A DNA stretch of 64,000 nucleotides. It comes from Octopus sinensis (taxonomy: Eukaryota). Location: contig NC_043004.1 of NCBI RefSeq assembly GCF_006345805.1, positions 91,512,001 through 91,576,000 on the forward strand, read 5' to 3'. How positions within the stretch are numbered: the stretch's first letter is position 1; each line of letters starts with the position of its first letter. The position numbers were made by a program, and so were the translations under genes. Below the pieces are notes generated by a model that was given only the letters and a program-made list of their open reading frames with translations, was not told the origin of the DNA and ran no database searches. This document shows positions 12,991 to 27,452 of the stretch, one piece after another.

Positions 12991-14703
12991 ACCCACAGTA
13001 GCATTTTGGTTGAGAGGACAGCTTCCCCCTCCGGCTGCCAGTTAGGGATTTTACTTACTGAGTTAATTAATTAATAATAATAATATTAGTAACAACAACG
13101 ACAATGATAATAATAATGAGTTTATTGTATAGGCAGTATAAAAGCCTAAATACAAGGTGCAATAATATCCCAAAAGGAGGAATAATACATAAAGAATATG
13201 GTAGCACACTATGTAAAGCTCAATTGCTCTCATTACAATGGTAATATGTGAAAACAGTATATAAGTGATGACCTGGCCACAATCATCTGTGACATCCCTG
13301 CTCAAACTAATAAAGAGACCAAGCCAAATATTGTCTGGCTATAATTATCAAAATCAGAAACAAAAGACTGTTCTCTGATAGTAATCTCAATGTTTTCTGG
13401 CCAATTTATCCCCACGAAGGAGGGTGACAGTCTGTCAAAGTACAAGGATCATTAAATTGAACCAAGTGTGAAAGAGAAAGTGAAACTGTAGACAGAACCA
13501 AAAATCAGGTGAAGCAGTAGGTATGGTGAAAAAGAACAGTAACAAAGAAATAAAAATCATCTCCGATCTAACAGAATACACAAATCAAAATATAACCCTG
13601 CTGTGTAGAACATGACATATTCAATGTACAACTCACACTATACACTCTCTGTACAACACCACTCAATATTCTGAATTGTCATTATCCTATGATGATCATC
13701 ATCATCGTTTAGCGTCCGCTTTCTATGCTAGAATGGGTTGGATGGTTCAACTGGGGTCTGGGAAGCCAGAAGGCTGCACCAGGCCCAGTCTGATCTGGCA
13801 ATGTTTCTACGGCTGGATGCCCTTCCTAATGCCAACCACTCTGTGAGTGTAGTGGGTGCTTTTTACGTGCCACCGGCACAGGTGCCAGACGAGGCTGGCA
13901 AACGGCCACGATTGGATGGTGCTTTTATGTGCCACCGGCACGGGGGCCAGGTGAGGCTGGCAACGGCCACGGACGGATGGTGCTTTTTACGTGCCACCTA
14001 CAAAATGCATAAAATCATTGCATACAGTTAGCACTCAAAGCTGCAACACAATACGCACAACATAAACCGTTTACAATCACCACCGAATAAATATAACACA
14101 GTGCGCATCATCATCATCATCATTTAACATCTGTTTTCCATGCTGGCATGTGTTGGACAGTTTGATAGGAGCTCATAAGGCTGGGAGTCACAGGCTCCAT
14201 TGTCTGTTCTGGCATGGTTTCTATGGCTGGATGCCCTGTCTAATGCCAGCCACTTGACAGAGTGTACTGGGTGCTTTTTACATGGCACCAGCACATGACA
14301 CCTCAAATATAAAATATACAGGACAATGTATGCATGACAAATTATGATCAATCTGGACCACATCCAAACAAAACTGTTCCAACTTACAGCTATACTTCTA
14401 CTTGCCAACACTACTACCATAACCAATCTGCCTTCCAGTAATGTCCTTCCTCAGCATCCTATCTTTGCTCAGGCTGTAGGAAAGTGTCAATGATTAAATG
14501 GGATAAGTGGAAAAAGAGAAATTTAAAACAAAAAACAACATAGAGTAGTAACTGTATTTTTACACAACCACTGGTGCCACTTAAAAATCACCTGTGTCGG
14601 CAATGTATATACACACCCATGCTGGTGACATGTAAAAGGCACCCAGCACATTCTGTTAAGTGGTTTGCATTAGGAAGGGCATCCACCCATAGAAACCATG
14701 CCA

Positions 14704-15084
14704 GCTGGCAGAAACGTTAGCACGCCAGGCGAAATGCTTCACAGCATTTTGTCTGCTGTTACGTTCTGAGTTCAAATTCCGCTGAGGTTGACTTTGCCAT
14801 TCATCCTTTCGAGGTCGATAAATTAAGTACCAGTTACGCACTGGGGTCGGTGTAATCGACTTAATCCCTTTGTCTATCCTTGTTTATTCCCTCTATGTTT
14901 AGCCACTTGTCTGCCGTTACATTCTGAGTTCAAATTCCGCTGAGGTTGACTTTGCCGTTCATCCTTTTGAGGTCGATAAATTAAGTACCAGTTACGCACT
15001 GGGGTCGGTGGAATCGACTTAATCCCTTTGTCTGTCCTTGTTTGTTCCCTCTATGTTTAGCCCCATGTGGGCAATAAAGAAATA
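14704..15084 (+). mobile_element. SINE family C with internal ~159-bp tandem duplication, nested in SINE D (13-bp TSD)
   Basis: TSD agaaaccatgcca at 14691-14703 and 15085-15097; body repeated at ~14752 and ~14911. Confidence 0.85.
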
Positions 15085-15568
15085 AGAAACCATGCCATGA
15101 CACACAGTTGGAATCTGGACAGCTCCCTGCTAGTCAGCTCCATGTCAAACCATCCAACCCATGCCAGCATGGAAAGTGGACATTAACCGATGATGATGAC
15201 TCGATGATGATGACTCGATGATGATGACTACACAATACTATAACACAATGAATGCAAAACATCTTGTATACAATCAACACTCAATAATATCAAAACATAT
15301 TTTAAACAATCACCCCTTGCAGAATGTAAAGAAGTGTGACTACGTGATGTTTTCGATGTGCTAATGGCTCTGCTAGCTCACCAACACATAACATGTACTT
15401 CTTTATCTAATCACCGCCCAGTAATATAATACAACATGTATAACAATATAATATAATCTACACACAACATATACTGCACATAGTTGCCAAAAGCACATAA
15501 CTATTAATGAGCCCCACACTACAATGAATAATAAGGACACTCTTCTTAATAAAGTTCCAATATTCTAA

Positions 15569-15966
15569 TCTTTATATATAAAAGTGAAGTTGTGTGGTGT
15601 CTGTCTCCTACGATTCCTAACTACTCCCACATTTTGTAGTGCAGTTTAACCAAAACCGGGTATCTTATAGTCGTGATTCATATCGAGCCCTTCTGGGTAT
15701 TAGCGCGCGTCTACGATGAGTCTACGATTTAAAAAATAATTTACCATAATTTTTTTCCATTTTAATGCATTTTTTTGCTATTATATAAGGGAAGTAACTC
15801 TCTAAAAATGTCTACGATGAGTCAACGATTTAAAAAAAAATTTACCATCATTTTTTTTTTCCATTTTTAATGCATTTTTTTGCTATTTTTTTGGCTATAA
15901 CTCTCTAAAGATGCTTATATAGTTATTTCCCTTACAAACTCGAGCAACGCCGGGCGATACTGCTAG
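15569..15966 (+). mobile_element. Non-autonomous Helitron
   Basis: A|TCTTTATATATAAAA 5' end; subterminal GC-rich hairpin-type motif (ctcgagcaacgccggg); CTAG|T 3' end; no TSD; second copy at 31967. Confidence 0.85.
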
Positions 15967-16072
15967 TACCATATAAAAACTTTGACCACACAATACTGTT
16001 TCAAACACTATTTAAGCCACTTCACTTCTGGTAGCTACGGGTTATATTGATTTCGATAAATAAATAAATAAG

Positions 16073-16103
<31 letters not shown>

Positions 16104-16647
16104 AATATAAAACCTTGAGGGTAATTAACAGTAATGATTACATAACTATTTTTACTAATACTTAGTAATAGTCTAATATTAATAATATTATATCTGTACA
16201 ATCTCCTTAGCTTAAGTTTGCCTGGTTATTAAATTATTATTTAATACTTAGACAAACAGTAAAAAAAAGAAAAAGAAAAGAATGCAAAATCATAACTTGT
16301 AAACTCATTTTATAATAACTTTTGACCTTATTATTATTAATACTATTATTACTAAGGTGGTGAATGGTAAAATCAGTAGAATGCCAGACAACTGAGGCTA
16401 GCTGCATCTCTTATCCTTTTTGCGTCTATAAAATAAGTTACCAGTCAAGTAATGACGCATGGTTGTGTGCTAAGAAGTTTTCTTCCAAACCACATGGCTT
16501 TGGGCTCAGTCCTACTGTGTGGCAACCAGGGCAAGTGCCTTCTTCTATAGCCTCAGACTGATCAAAGACTCATGAATGGATTTGGTTGGCAGAAACTAAA
16601 AGAAATTTATCATATGTTTGTGTGTATATGTATATATATATATATAT

Positions 16648-17040
16648 ACTTACATATACATATACATATATACATATATACACATAATGTGTGGAAGGGT
16701 CCTTGACTCTTGTTTCTAGTAATGTAGGTGCTACCCTGCGCCCTCAGTCACTATTAGTGACAATTGAACTTTTCCTTTGCGTTTTATATACACTATATAT
16801 ATATATATATACATATATATGTACATATATATGTATATATATATATATATACTTACATATACATATACATATATACATATATACACATAATGTGTGGAAG
16901 GGTCCTTGACTCTTGTTTCTAGTAATGTAGGTGCTACCCTGCGCCCTCAGTCACTATTAGTGACAATTGAACTTTTCCTTTGCGTTTTATATACACTATA
17001 TATATATATATATACATATATATGTACATATATATGTATA
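16648..17040. repeat. 203-bp tandem duplication of a short unique unit inside TA/CA microsatellite
   Basis: Units start at 16648 and 16851; the unique cores are identical. Confidence 0.9.
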
Positions 17041-17051
17041 TATATATGTAT

Positions 17052-17089
<38 letters not shown>

Positions 17090-18178
17090 TCACACACACA
17101 CATATTGGCCCCATTTACACTTTCTTTGTTCCTTCCACTTTTCTTTTTCTCACTCCCCCTCTCTCACATTTCTTGGCCTCCCCTTCATTCTAACCTCCCC
17201 TTCCATGTGACTAGTGTTCCGTCAAGCCTGATTTTTCTTTCTTAGTTTGACGACTATCCATATAGCATCTCTTATGTTCCTTCCCATGACCTTCACCTCT
17301 TATGTCCCTGCCATAAGGCTTCACTTCCACACACTGTTGTTAATGTACTGTTGTTTGTATTTGTAACTGTGTACCATTTTTTCCATTTTTTCGTTCTTGC
17401 TTTCGTATACATTCACTTGCTTTCTTCCAAGGAATCTAGTGCTCTTAGCTTAGATTTTATTGGGGCTGGCCAGATTAGAGCAGTCTTAAGTGTAACTGGC
17501 CAAAATTGCTAAGATGATCTGGAACTTGGCTGAGGAGAGAAAGCTCTGGATGACCTCTCCTTGATTTTCCTGTTCTTTTTTGTATCGTCTAACTGTCCGG
17601 ATGTTTTGTTGTCACCTGTTACATTCTTGTTCCATTTTTATTTTCCTTTTTATACATACATACATACATAAAGGCGGGCATGAATTTGTAGTTAAGAAGC
17701 TTACTTCCTGGTCATGTGGTTTCAGTCTCAGTCCCACAGTACAGCATGTTGGGCAAATGTCATTTACCATAGCCCCAGCAGACCAAAGCCTTGTGGATAG
17801 ATTTAGTTTGTAGAAACTGAAAGAAGCTATTCTACTTTTCAATGATATATTTTTGAAACTTAGGTGTGCAGCCTTAGTAATGAAATCCATTTGAGAGGAG
17901 ATAAGCAAACGTTTCAAAATGTATTTCATTACCAAGGCCTCACATCTTGTACAAGAGGAGAACACTTTTAACTTTGATGGTAAAATATATTGAAAACTAA
18001 AGGGCACAGCTATGGGGACAAAATATGCACCCACATATGATAACATTTTGATAGGGTTTTAGAAGAAAAGCTATATGTGAATGACAAGAAAATGTTGGCC
18101 AAATGTCAAGCAGTCTGAATGTATGTAAATATGTACATATCTATCTATCTGTCTGTTTGTCTGTCAGTCAGTGTGTGT

Positions 18179-18237
<59 letters not shown>

Positions 18238-18830
18238 GCTGGCAGAATTGTTAGCATGCTGGGCAAAATGCTTAGTGGCATTTTGTCTGTCCTTATGTTC
18301 TGAGTTTAGATTCTATCATGGTCAACTTTGCATTTCATCCTTACGGAGTCGATAAAATAAGTGCCAGCTGAGTACTGGGGTCGATGTAATTGACTATGCC
18401 CTCCCCCAAATTTCAAACCCTGTACCTATAGTAGAAAGGATTTTATATAATATGTATATATACAGGCATACTGTATGTATGTATGTATGTATGTATGTCC
18501 ATATATGTATGTATGAATGAATAAGTGTATGGATACATATATTATATATATAAAGAGATGATGTTAGAACATAAAAGAAATATATTTACCCTTGGTAATT
18601 AAAACCTCAATAATAGGTCATTAAATTCTAACCCATTATAATGTTGCAGTAAATCCTGATGGGAAAAGCTGCACGTATAAATTATTGGCTATAATGATCC
18701 TCAGGAGAAATGTATATATTTAGAATAAAAGGCAGGAAAGCAAAAATTTCACAGATCACAATTTAGTTGTGATCAATCTGTGAAATTTATACTTTTCTGT
18801 TTTTTTATTCTATATATATGTGTATGTATG

Positions 18831-18868
<38 letters not shown>

Positions 18869-18869
<1 letters not shown>

Positions 18870-19310
18870 TAGAAGGTTTAGAGATGATGTACAGGTATTA
18901 TATATTAGAAGAAATGAGGTACTCAGAAATCTGGATGGTTTTATATTTACAAATATTTATTATTATGTTACGTGTTTTTATAAATCATATATCATATATT
19001 AGCGCTTTTGTCCACTCTAGTAGAGTTTTCAAGTTGAACTAACTTTTGCAGGAATTTTTACTCTTTTTATAGTATTATTGAGTGAGTAGGGGTGGGGAGA
19101 GATATAATATAGTACAAGAGGGTGAGTGATGGGGAAAAGGTGAGAGAGAGCATGTGTATGTTTTTGTATCTGAAAGTGGTGTTAAAGAAAAAGGAGAGAA
19201 AGAAGAAAAAATTTTTGTTGATATCTTTGCAGCTGGTCAATCTGTCAATAATAAGCGATTCTTGGCTTTTAGCAGTGGCAAATCCAGCTGGTCACTCCAA
19301 GGGGGCATAT
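18869..19310 (-). mobile_element. 3' end fragment of the Neptune-like PLE family
   Basis: Homologous to 58780-59236; ends ccttctaa at a (TA)n run. Confidence 0.75.
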
Positions 19311-19319
19311 ATATATATA

Positions 19320-19510
19320 GGACAGAGTCAATGACTATTGAAAGGGTTGCAGGATGCTATGTAAATTTTAGAATAAATAAAGATATGAGTGGAAATTGAA
19401 CTGGTGAATGTGTTAATTAATAAGGCATTAAAAGAGAATGACTCTCCTCAGACACAATAAAATATGCTTCAACACATGAATTCACATAAAGAATCTTGCA
19501 AACCAAATAC
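19320..19510 (+). mobile_element. pLTR-like unit (47.4-kb family) with degenerate hammerhead at 19335-19371
   Basis: cta TTGAAAG G GTTGC aggat GCTAT GTAA ATT T tag; same tail as the 47.4-kb and 54.9-kb copies. Confidence 0.55.
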
Positions 19511-19786
19511 AAATATTATATAAATATAAATATAAATATATATATATATATAATATATATATATAATATATATATTTGTATGTGTGTGTATGTAAGATAG
19601 CTTCCCAACCACATGGCTCTGGGTTTAGTCCCACTGCATGGAACTTTGGGCTGACCAAAACCTTGTGAGTGGATTTCGCAGATGGAAGCTGAAGAAAGCC
19701 CATTGTGTGTGTGTATGTGTGTATTGGATTGTCTTTCTCTGTTCACCCATTCTTCATCTCTCATTTCCCCCAACACTTTTGTAGCC

Positions 19787-19819
<33 letters not shown>

Positions 19820-20043
19820 CCGTCCATCCATCCATCCATCCATCCATCCATTGATTCATCCATCCATACACTTGGTTCCTCTGTCCCTACGAACTTTCTA
19901 TTTCCCTTGTACCTTGAGGGTTCACTAGACACCTTGTCACCACTATTTTTATCCCTTTCTAGCTTGACCTGATCATTCTAATCCTCCCTTCAAAACCTGT
20001 AGGCAATCATGTGGCTCAATGCTTTTCAGTAGAGTAAAATATA

Positions 20044-20425
20044 ATAGAATGGTTGTATACTGTCAATCTAAAGTGAACGTGACAGTAGGGGGTTACACCA
20101 CCGCTGTTTAGCCCTAGGAAGCATCAACGCTTCCTGATGTCTTCGACACATTTTTTTCCTGTGTCCTTATATATATTTACGAAGGGGAGACAAACACCCC
20201 CAGCAGCCAGGCCTGCATCTAGAGACACGCATGTTTCAGGATCATGTTTCAGATGCAGGCCTGGCTGCTGGGGGTGTTTGTCTCCCCTTCGTAAATGTAT
20301 ATAAGGACACAGGAAAAATGTGTCAAAGCAATCAGGAGGCGCCGATGCTTCCTAGGGCTAAACAGCGGTGGTGTAAACCCCTACTGTCACGTTCACATTA
20401 GATTGACAGTATACAACCATTCTAT
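20044..20425. mobile_element. Foldback/MITE-like element with ~175-bp inverted arms
   Basis: atagaatggttgtatactgtcaatc... versus ...gattgacagtatacaaccattctat; short spacer containing catgtttcag twice. Confidence 0.7.
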
Positions 20426-20491
20426 CGCCCCACCACCGTACATATCTCTATGAGAGATTTAGAAATTTAATATTTCTGAAAATATAATATA

Positions 20492-20893
20492 TTTTCTTTT
20501 ATTCTTTAACTTGTTTCAGTCATTTGACTGTGGCCATGCTGGAGCACTGCCTTTAGTTGAACAAATCAAATGCAGAACTTATTCTTTGTAAGCCTAGTAC
20601 TTATTCTGTCTCTTATGCTGAACTGCTAAGTTACGGGGACGTAAACACACCAACATCGGTTGTCAAGTGATGGTGGGGGAACAAACACAGACACACAAAT
20701 ACACACACACACACACACATATATATATACATATATACGATGTGCTTTTTTTCAGTTTCCGTCTACCAAATCCACTCACAAAGCTTTGGTCAGCCCAAGG
20801 CTATAGTAGAAGACACTTGCCCAAGGTGCTACGCAGTGGGACTGAACCTGGAACTGTGTGGTTGGGAAGCAAGCTTCTTACCAGACAGCCACT
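20492..20893 (-). mobile_element. SINE family A
   Basis: Reverse-complement match to the family A body. Confidence 0.85.
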
Positions 20894-21021
20894 ATCTTTT
20901 ATCTTTTACTTGTTTCAGTCATTAAACTGTGGTCATGCTGGGGCACTGTGTTACAGAATTTTTAGTCAGATGAGTCAACCCCTGTACTTATGTTTTCTAA
21001 AGTCAGGTTCGTATTCTATCA

Positions 21022-21259
21022 AAAGGCGATGAGCTGGCAGAAATGTTAGCACGCCAGGCGAAATGCTCAGCAGTATTTTGTCTGCCGCTACGTTCTGAGT
21101 TCAAATTCCGCTGAGGTCGACTTTGCCTTTCATCCTTTCGGGGTCAATAAATTTAGAACCAGGTATGCACTGGGGTCGATGTAATCGTCTTAATCCGTTT
21201 GTCTGTCCTTGTTTGTCCCCTCTGTGTTTAGCCCCTTGTGGATAGTAATGAAATAGGTA
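21022..21259 (+). mobile_element. SINE family C with 12-bp TSD
   Basis: TSD cgtattctatca at 21010-21021 and 21260-21271; nested in a family A-like fragment. Confidence 0.85.
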
Positions 21260-21344
21260 CGTATTCTATCAGTCTCTTTTGCCAAAGAGCTAAGTTATGG
21301 GGATGTAAACACACTAACACCAGTTGTCAAGCAGTGATGGGGGA

Positions 21345-21386
<42 letters not shown>

Positions 21387-21958
21387 AAGGGCTTCTTTCA
21401 GTTTCTGTCAACCAAATCCACTCACAAGGCTTTGGCCAGCCCAAGCCTATAGTAGAAGACAATTGCTCGGGGTGTTGCACTATGGGACTGAACCAAGAAC
21501 TATTATCAGTAGTTCATATATCTAAAAGAGAAGCAAACTCTAAAATATCAGAGCAGTATAATATATCAGTTTGGAAGCTGATTGTCATGGCTGGTCAGAG
21601 AGTGACCATAGGTTTCACACCTATAAAGTGCTTAGCTGTACAGGTGACAGGGCATGGCTGTGTGGTTAGGGAGCTTGCTTCCTAGCTACATGGTTTTGGG
21701 TTCAGTCCCACTGCGTGGCATTCTGGGTAGGTGTCTTCTGCTATAGCCCCGAGTCGACCGAAGCTTTGTGATTGAATTCGGTAGGTGGAAGTTACTGCCG
21801 TGTGTGTATATGTGCGTGTAGGTGCTCAGTGCCTCTCCGAAAGAGAGAGAGGGTGACTCATTAGTCTCAAATGACTGCCCATTTCAGTCTGAGTCGCCTA
21901 TAAGTGAGAAACCGATGGCCACTCTCTGACTATCCATAACAATCAGTTTCCTAAAATA

Positions 21959-21990
<32 letters not shown>

Positions 21991-22180
21991 GTGAGTGTGT
22001 GTGTGTTCCTGGCCAATACTTGACAACTGGTTTTGGTATGTCTGCAGCTTGTAACTTAGGAGTTCAGTAAAAGACTCTTAGAAAAAATACCAGGCTTTAA
22101 AGAATAAGCGCTGGGGCTAGTTCATGCAACTAGAATTCTTCAAGGCAGTACTCCAGCATGGCCATAGTTTGAAGAATGAA

Positions 22181-23011
22181 ATAAGTAACTGATAGATGAA
22201 AGACATGTATGTGTGTGCATATGTACATATGTATGTATCGCTTTTACTCTTTTACTCTTTTACTTGTTTCAGTCATTTGACTGCGGCCATGCTGGAGCAC
22301 TGCCTTTAATCCAGCAACTCGACCACGGGACTTATTCTTTTTGTAAGCCCAGTACTTATTCTATCAGTCTCTTTTGCCGAACCGCTAAGTAATGGGGACA
22401 TAAACACACCAGCATCGGTTGTCAAGCAATGCTAGGGGGATAAACACACACGCGCATATATATATATATACATATATACGACGGGCTTCTTTTCAGTTTC
22501 TATCTACCAAATCCACTCACAAGGCTTTGGTCGGCCCGAGGCTATAGTAGAAGACACTTGCCCAAGGTGCCACGCAGTGGGACTGAACCCGGAACCATGC
22601 GGTTGGTAAACAAGCTACGTATGTATGTATGTATGTATGTAAACACACATATGCAGATTTAGTGGTGGTGAAAATAGAATAACAAACAAGGAAGTTCAAT
22701 TTCTAGAATAGAATATATTTGTAAAGGAACTAATTTTAGGAAATTTGGAAGAACTTGGAGAGAGAATGATGTTTGTGTTTGAAACAAAACTCAAGATGAG
22801 GAGATTAAACACAGAAGATATTGGGATAGGTTAGCACATATCTATATCTATAGCAATATCTAAATGCCACTCGAACATGTATGTATACATTTACAAACAT
22901 GCATCCATACACATTATATATATGTAGTCATATATAAGTATATACTGTTATGTATATATATATATATATAAGTATATACTGATATATATACATATATATG
23001 CATATATATGT

Positions 23012-23054
<43 letters not shown>

Positions 23055-23312
23055 TATTTGAGTATGTACACACACACCTCTCTCTCTATATATATGTATA
23101 TGTATGTATACATCTATACCTCTACACATGCATGCATAGATATACGTATGTGCATATGTGTGTTTATGAGAGACAGCCTGTGTCTGTGAGTGTGTGTACA
23201 TATACATACATACACACACACACATATATATGTATATGTATATACAAGTACATGTATATATGTATGTATATATATGTATGTATGTATATGCATGTGTGCA
23301 TATATATGTATA

Positions 23313-23352
<40 letters not shown>

Positions 23353-23365
23353 ATATATATATCAT

Positions 23366-23448
<83 letters not shown>

Positions 23449-23497
23449 CGTATATATATATGTATATATATATATAATGTGTATATATATTATATAA

Positions 23498-23538
<41 letters not shown>

Positions 23539-24101
23539 TATATGATTATATATAAATGTATATATTCAACAAAGTATTGCGTAAAATATAAATGTATATA
23601 TTATATATATATACATATATATATGATTATATATATAAATGTGTGATATATCTATATATATAATATATATATACACACATATATATATGATTATATATAT
23701 ATATGTATGTATGTATACACACACACACAAACATACACACACAAATGGAAAGAAAGGGAGAGAAAAAGAATGATAATTTCCATTGGCCTTTAGATGTCTG
23801 TTCAACATCAGAATTCTAAAGCTGGTTTCAATTAGTCTTCAGCCAGCTGGAAGTTCTCCCTATGGCTGCCGCCGACTTGCACAACAGAATGGTCTGTGTG
23901 TTCACACTCTTTTACAATCTGTTAGTTTGGCTCTATAACCTCTTCGTTTTTGCTCTTCAGTTTTTATTATCACTTTTTGTTTGTTGTCTGCTTCCATTTT
24001 TTCTCTTTCTGCTTTAACATCTTTGTGGTGAATCTATTTTTGGATATTTATTCTTAATTTCAAAATACCCCTTATTACATACAAACACTGCTGTGTGCGT
24101 G

Positions 24102-24132
<31 letters not shown>

Positions 24133-24194
24133 GTATATATATGTATATATGTGTATGTATGTATATTTATATATATTATATATAATATATATAT

Positions 24195-24247
<53 letters not shown>

Positions 24248-24442
24248 TATATATATGTATATATACGTATATTTTTGTGTGTGTGTTATATATATATATA
24301 TACATATATAATATATATATGTATATATATAAATATATATTTAAGCATATATGTATACATATATATATTTATGTGTGTATATATATGTGTGTGTGTGTGT
24401 GGTGTGTGTGTGTAGTAGTACTAGTGTATTTATATGTATATA

Positions 24443-24487
<45 letters not shown>

Positions 24488-25116
24488 TATATCATATATA
24501 AAAGAGGTGAGAACTGAAATCCTTCAAAGGATGTCCAACATATATATGTATATACACACACACACATGCACACATATATGTATGTATATAATCTGTGTGC
24601 TGTACTTGAACTCTGATTTTCAAATGATTTTAAAAGTTTATGTGCATGTTATATGTTTTGTAAATATATGTGTGTGTTATATCTAATGCACATATACGTA
24701 TACACATATATACACTTCACATATATACTACACAGACATACCTTTCANNNNNNNNNNNNNNNNNNNNNNNNNNNNNNNNNNNNNNNNNNNNNNNNNNNNN
24801 NNNNNNNNNNNNNNNNNNNNNNNNNNNNNNNNNNNNNNNNNNNNNNNATAAGTAACTGATAGATGAAAGACATGTATGTGTGTGCATATGTACATATGTA
24901 TGTATCGCTTTTACTCTTTTACTCTTTTACTTGTTTCAGTCATTTGACTGCGGCCATGCTGGAGCACTGCCTTTAATCCAGCAACTCGACCACGGGACTT
25001 ATTCTTTTTGTAAGCCCAGTACTTATTCTATCGGTCTCTTTTGCCGAACCGCTAAGTAACGGGGACATAAACACACCAGCATCGGTTGTCAAGCAATGCT
25101 AGGGGGATAAACACAC

Positions 25117-25153
<37 letters not shown>

Positions 25154-25698
25154 TACGACGGGCTTCTTTTCAGTTTCTATCTACCAAATCCACTCACAAG
25201 GCTTTGGTCGGCCTGAGGCTATAGTAGAAGACACTTGCCCAAGGTGCCACGCAGTGGGACTGAACCCGGAACCATGCGGTTGGTAAACAAGCTACGTATG
25301 TATGTATGTATGTATGTAAACACACATATGCAGATTTAGTGGTGGTGAAAATAGAATAACAAACAAGGAAGTTCAATTTCTAGAATAGAATATATTTGTA
25401 AAGGAACTAATTTTAGGAAATTTGGAAGAACTTGGAGAGAGAATGATGTTTGTGTTTGAAACAAAACTCAAGATGAGGAGATTAAACACAGAAGATATTG
25501 GGATAGGTTAGCACATATCTATATCTATAGCAATATCTAAATGCCACTCGAACATGTATGTATACATTTACAAACATGCATCCATACACATTATATATAT
25601 GTAGTCATATATAAGTATATACTGTTATGTATATATATATATATATAAGTATATACTGATTATATACATATATATGCATATATGTGTATGTGTGTATA

Positions 25699-25736
<38 letters not shown>

Positions 25737-25994
25737 TATTTGAGTATGTACACACACACCTCTCTCTCTATATATATGTATATGTATGTATACATCTATA
25801 CCTCTACACATGCATGCATAGATATACGTATGTGCATATGTGTGTTTATGAGAGACAGCCTGTGTCTGTGAGTGTGTGTACATATACATACATACACACA
25901 CACACATATATATGTATATGTATATACAAGTACATGTATATATGTATGTATATATATGTATGTATGTATATGCATGTGTGCATATATATGTATA

Positions 25995-26034
<40 letters not shown>

Positions 26035-26047
26035 ATATATATATCAT

Positions 26048-26130
<83 letters not shown>

Positions 26131-26179
26131 CGTATATATATATGTATATATATATATAATGTGTATATATATTATATAA

Positions 26180-26220
<41 letters not shown>

Positions 26221-26773
26221 TATATGATTATATATAAATGTATATATTCAACAAAGTATTGCGTAAAATATAAATGTATATATTATATATATATACATAT
26301 ATATATGATTATATATATAAATGTGTGATATATCTATATATATAATATATATATACACAACATATATATATGATTATATATATATATGTATGTATGTATA
26401 CACACACACACAAACATACACACACCAATGGAAGAAAGGGAGAGAAAAAGAATGATCTTTCCATTGGCCTTTAGATGTCTGTTCAACATCAGAATTCTAA
26501 AGCTGGTTTCAATTAGTCTTCAGCCAGCTGGAAGTTCTCCCTATGGCTGCCGCCGACTTGCACAACAGAATGGTCTGTGTGTTCACACTCTTTTACAATC
26601 TGTTATTTTGGCTCTAAACTCTTCGTTTTTGCTCTCAGTTTTTATTATCACTTTTTTTGTTGTCTGCTTCCATTTTTTCTCTTTCTGCTTTAACATCTTT
26701 GTGGTGAATCTATTTTTGGATATTTATTCTTAATTTCAAAATACCCCTTATTACATACAAACACTGCTGTGTG

Positions 26774-26813
<40 letters not shown>

Positions 26814-26878
26814 ATATATATATATGTAATATGTGTATGTATGTATATTAGATATATAAATATATATATATAATAATA

Positions 26879-26952
<74 letters not shown>

Positions 26953-27067
26953 CGTATATATATGTATGTGTGTATATATATATTATATACATATATATAT
27001 ATATATATGTTATATATTAAATATTATTTAAGCATATATGTATACACTATATATATTTATGTGTGTA

Positions 27068-27101
<34 letters not shown>

Positions 27102-27134
27102 AATGTATGTACATAGTGTATTTATATGTATATA

Positions 27135-27189
<55 letters not shown>

Positions 27190-27452
27190 TACATATATAA
27201 AAGAGGTGAGAACTGAAATCCTTCAAAGGGATGTCAAACATATATATGTATATACACACACACACATGCACACATATATGTATGTATATAATCTGTGTGC
27301 ATGTAACTTGAACTCTGATTTTCAAATGATTTTAAAATGTTATGTGCATGTTTATATGTTTTGTAAATATATGTGTGTGTAATCTAAATGCACATATACG
27401 TATACACATATATACACATTCACATATATACATACACAGACATAACCTTTCA
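22181..27452. repeat. 2.6-kb near-identical tandem duplication flanking a 100-N gap
   Basis: 22181-24747 versus 24848-27452; gap 24748-24847. Each unit begins with a family A SINE on the minus strand. Confidence 0.9.

Noticed and set aside
15321-15340. miR-1-like 20-mer agaatgtaaagaagtgtgac
   Set aside because: Mismatch at the 5' seed end, and the complementary patch is on the wrong side and too far away for a pre-miR-1 hairpin.
16698-16775. Minus-strand GAAAC-AAGA-GTC with nearby CTGAGGG
   Set aside because: Stem I partners do not pair and no valid core adjoins stem II.
17526-17563. CTGAGGA-GAG-AAAG-CTC in a pLTR-like repeat
   Set aside because: GAAA and stems I/III are not recoverable; possibly a relic but too degraded to call.
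23820-23848. Minus-strand CTGAAGA-CTAATT-GAAAC closed by AGCTGG/CCAGCT (also at ~26501)
   Set aside because: No stem II pairing and no stem III/UH, so not a hammerhead topology.
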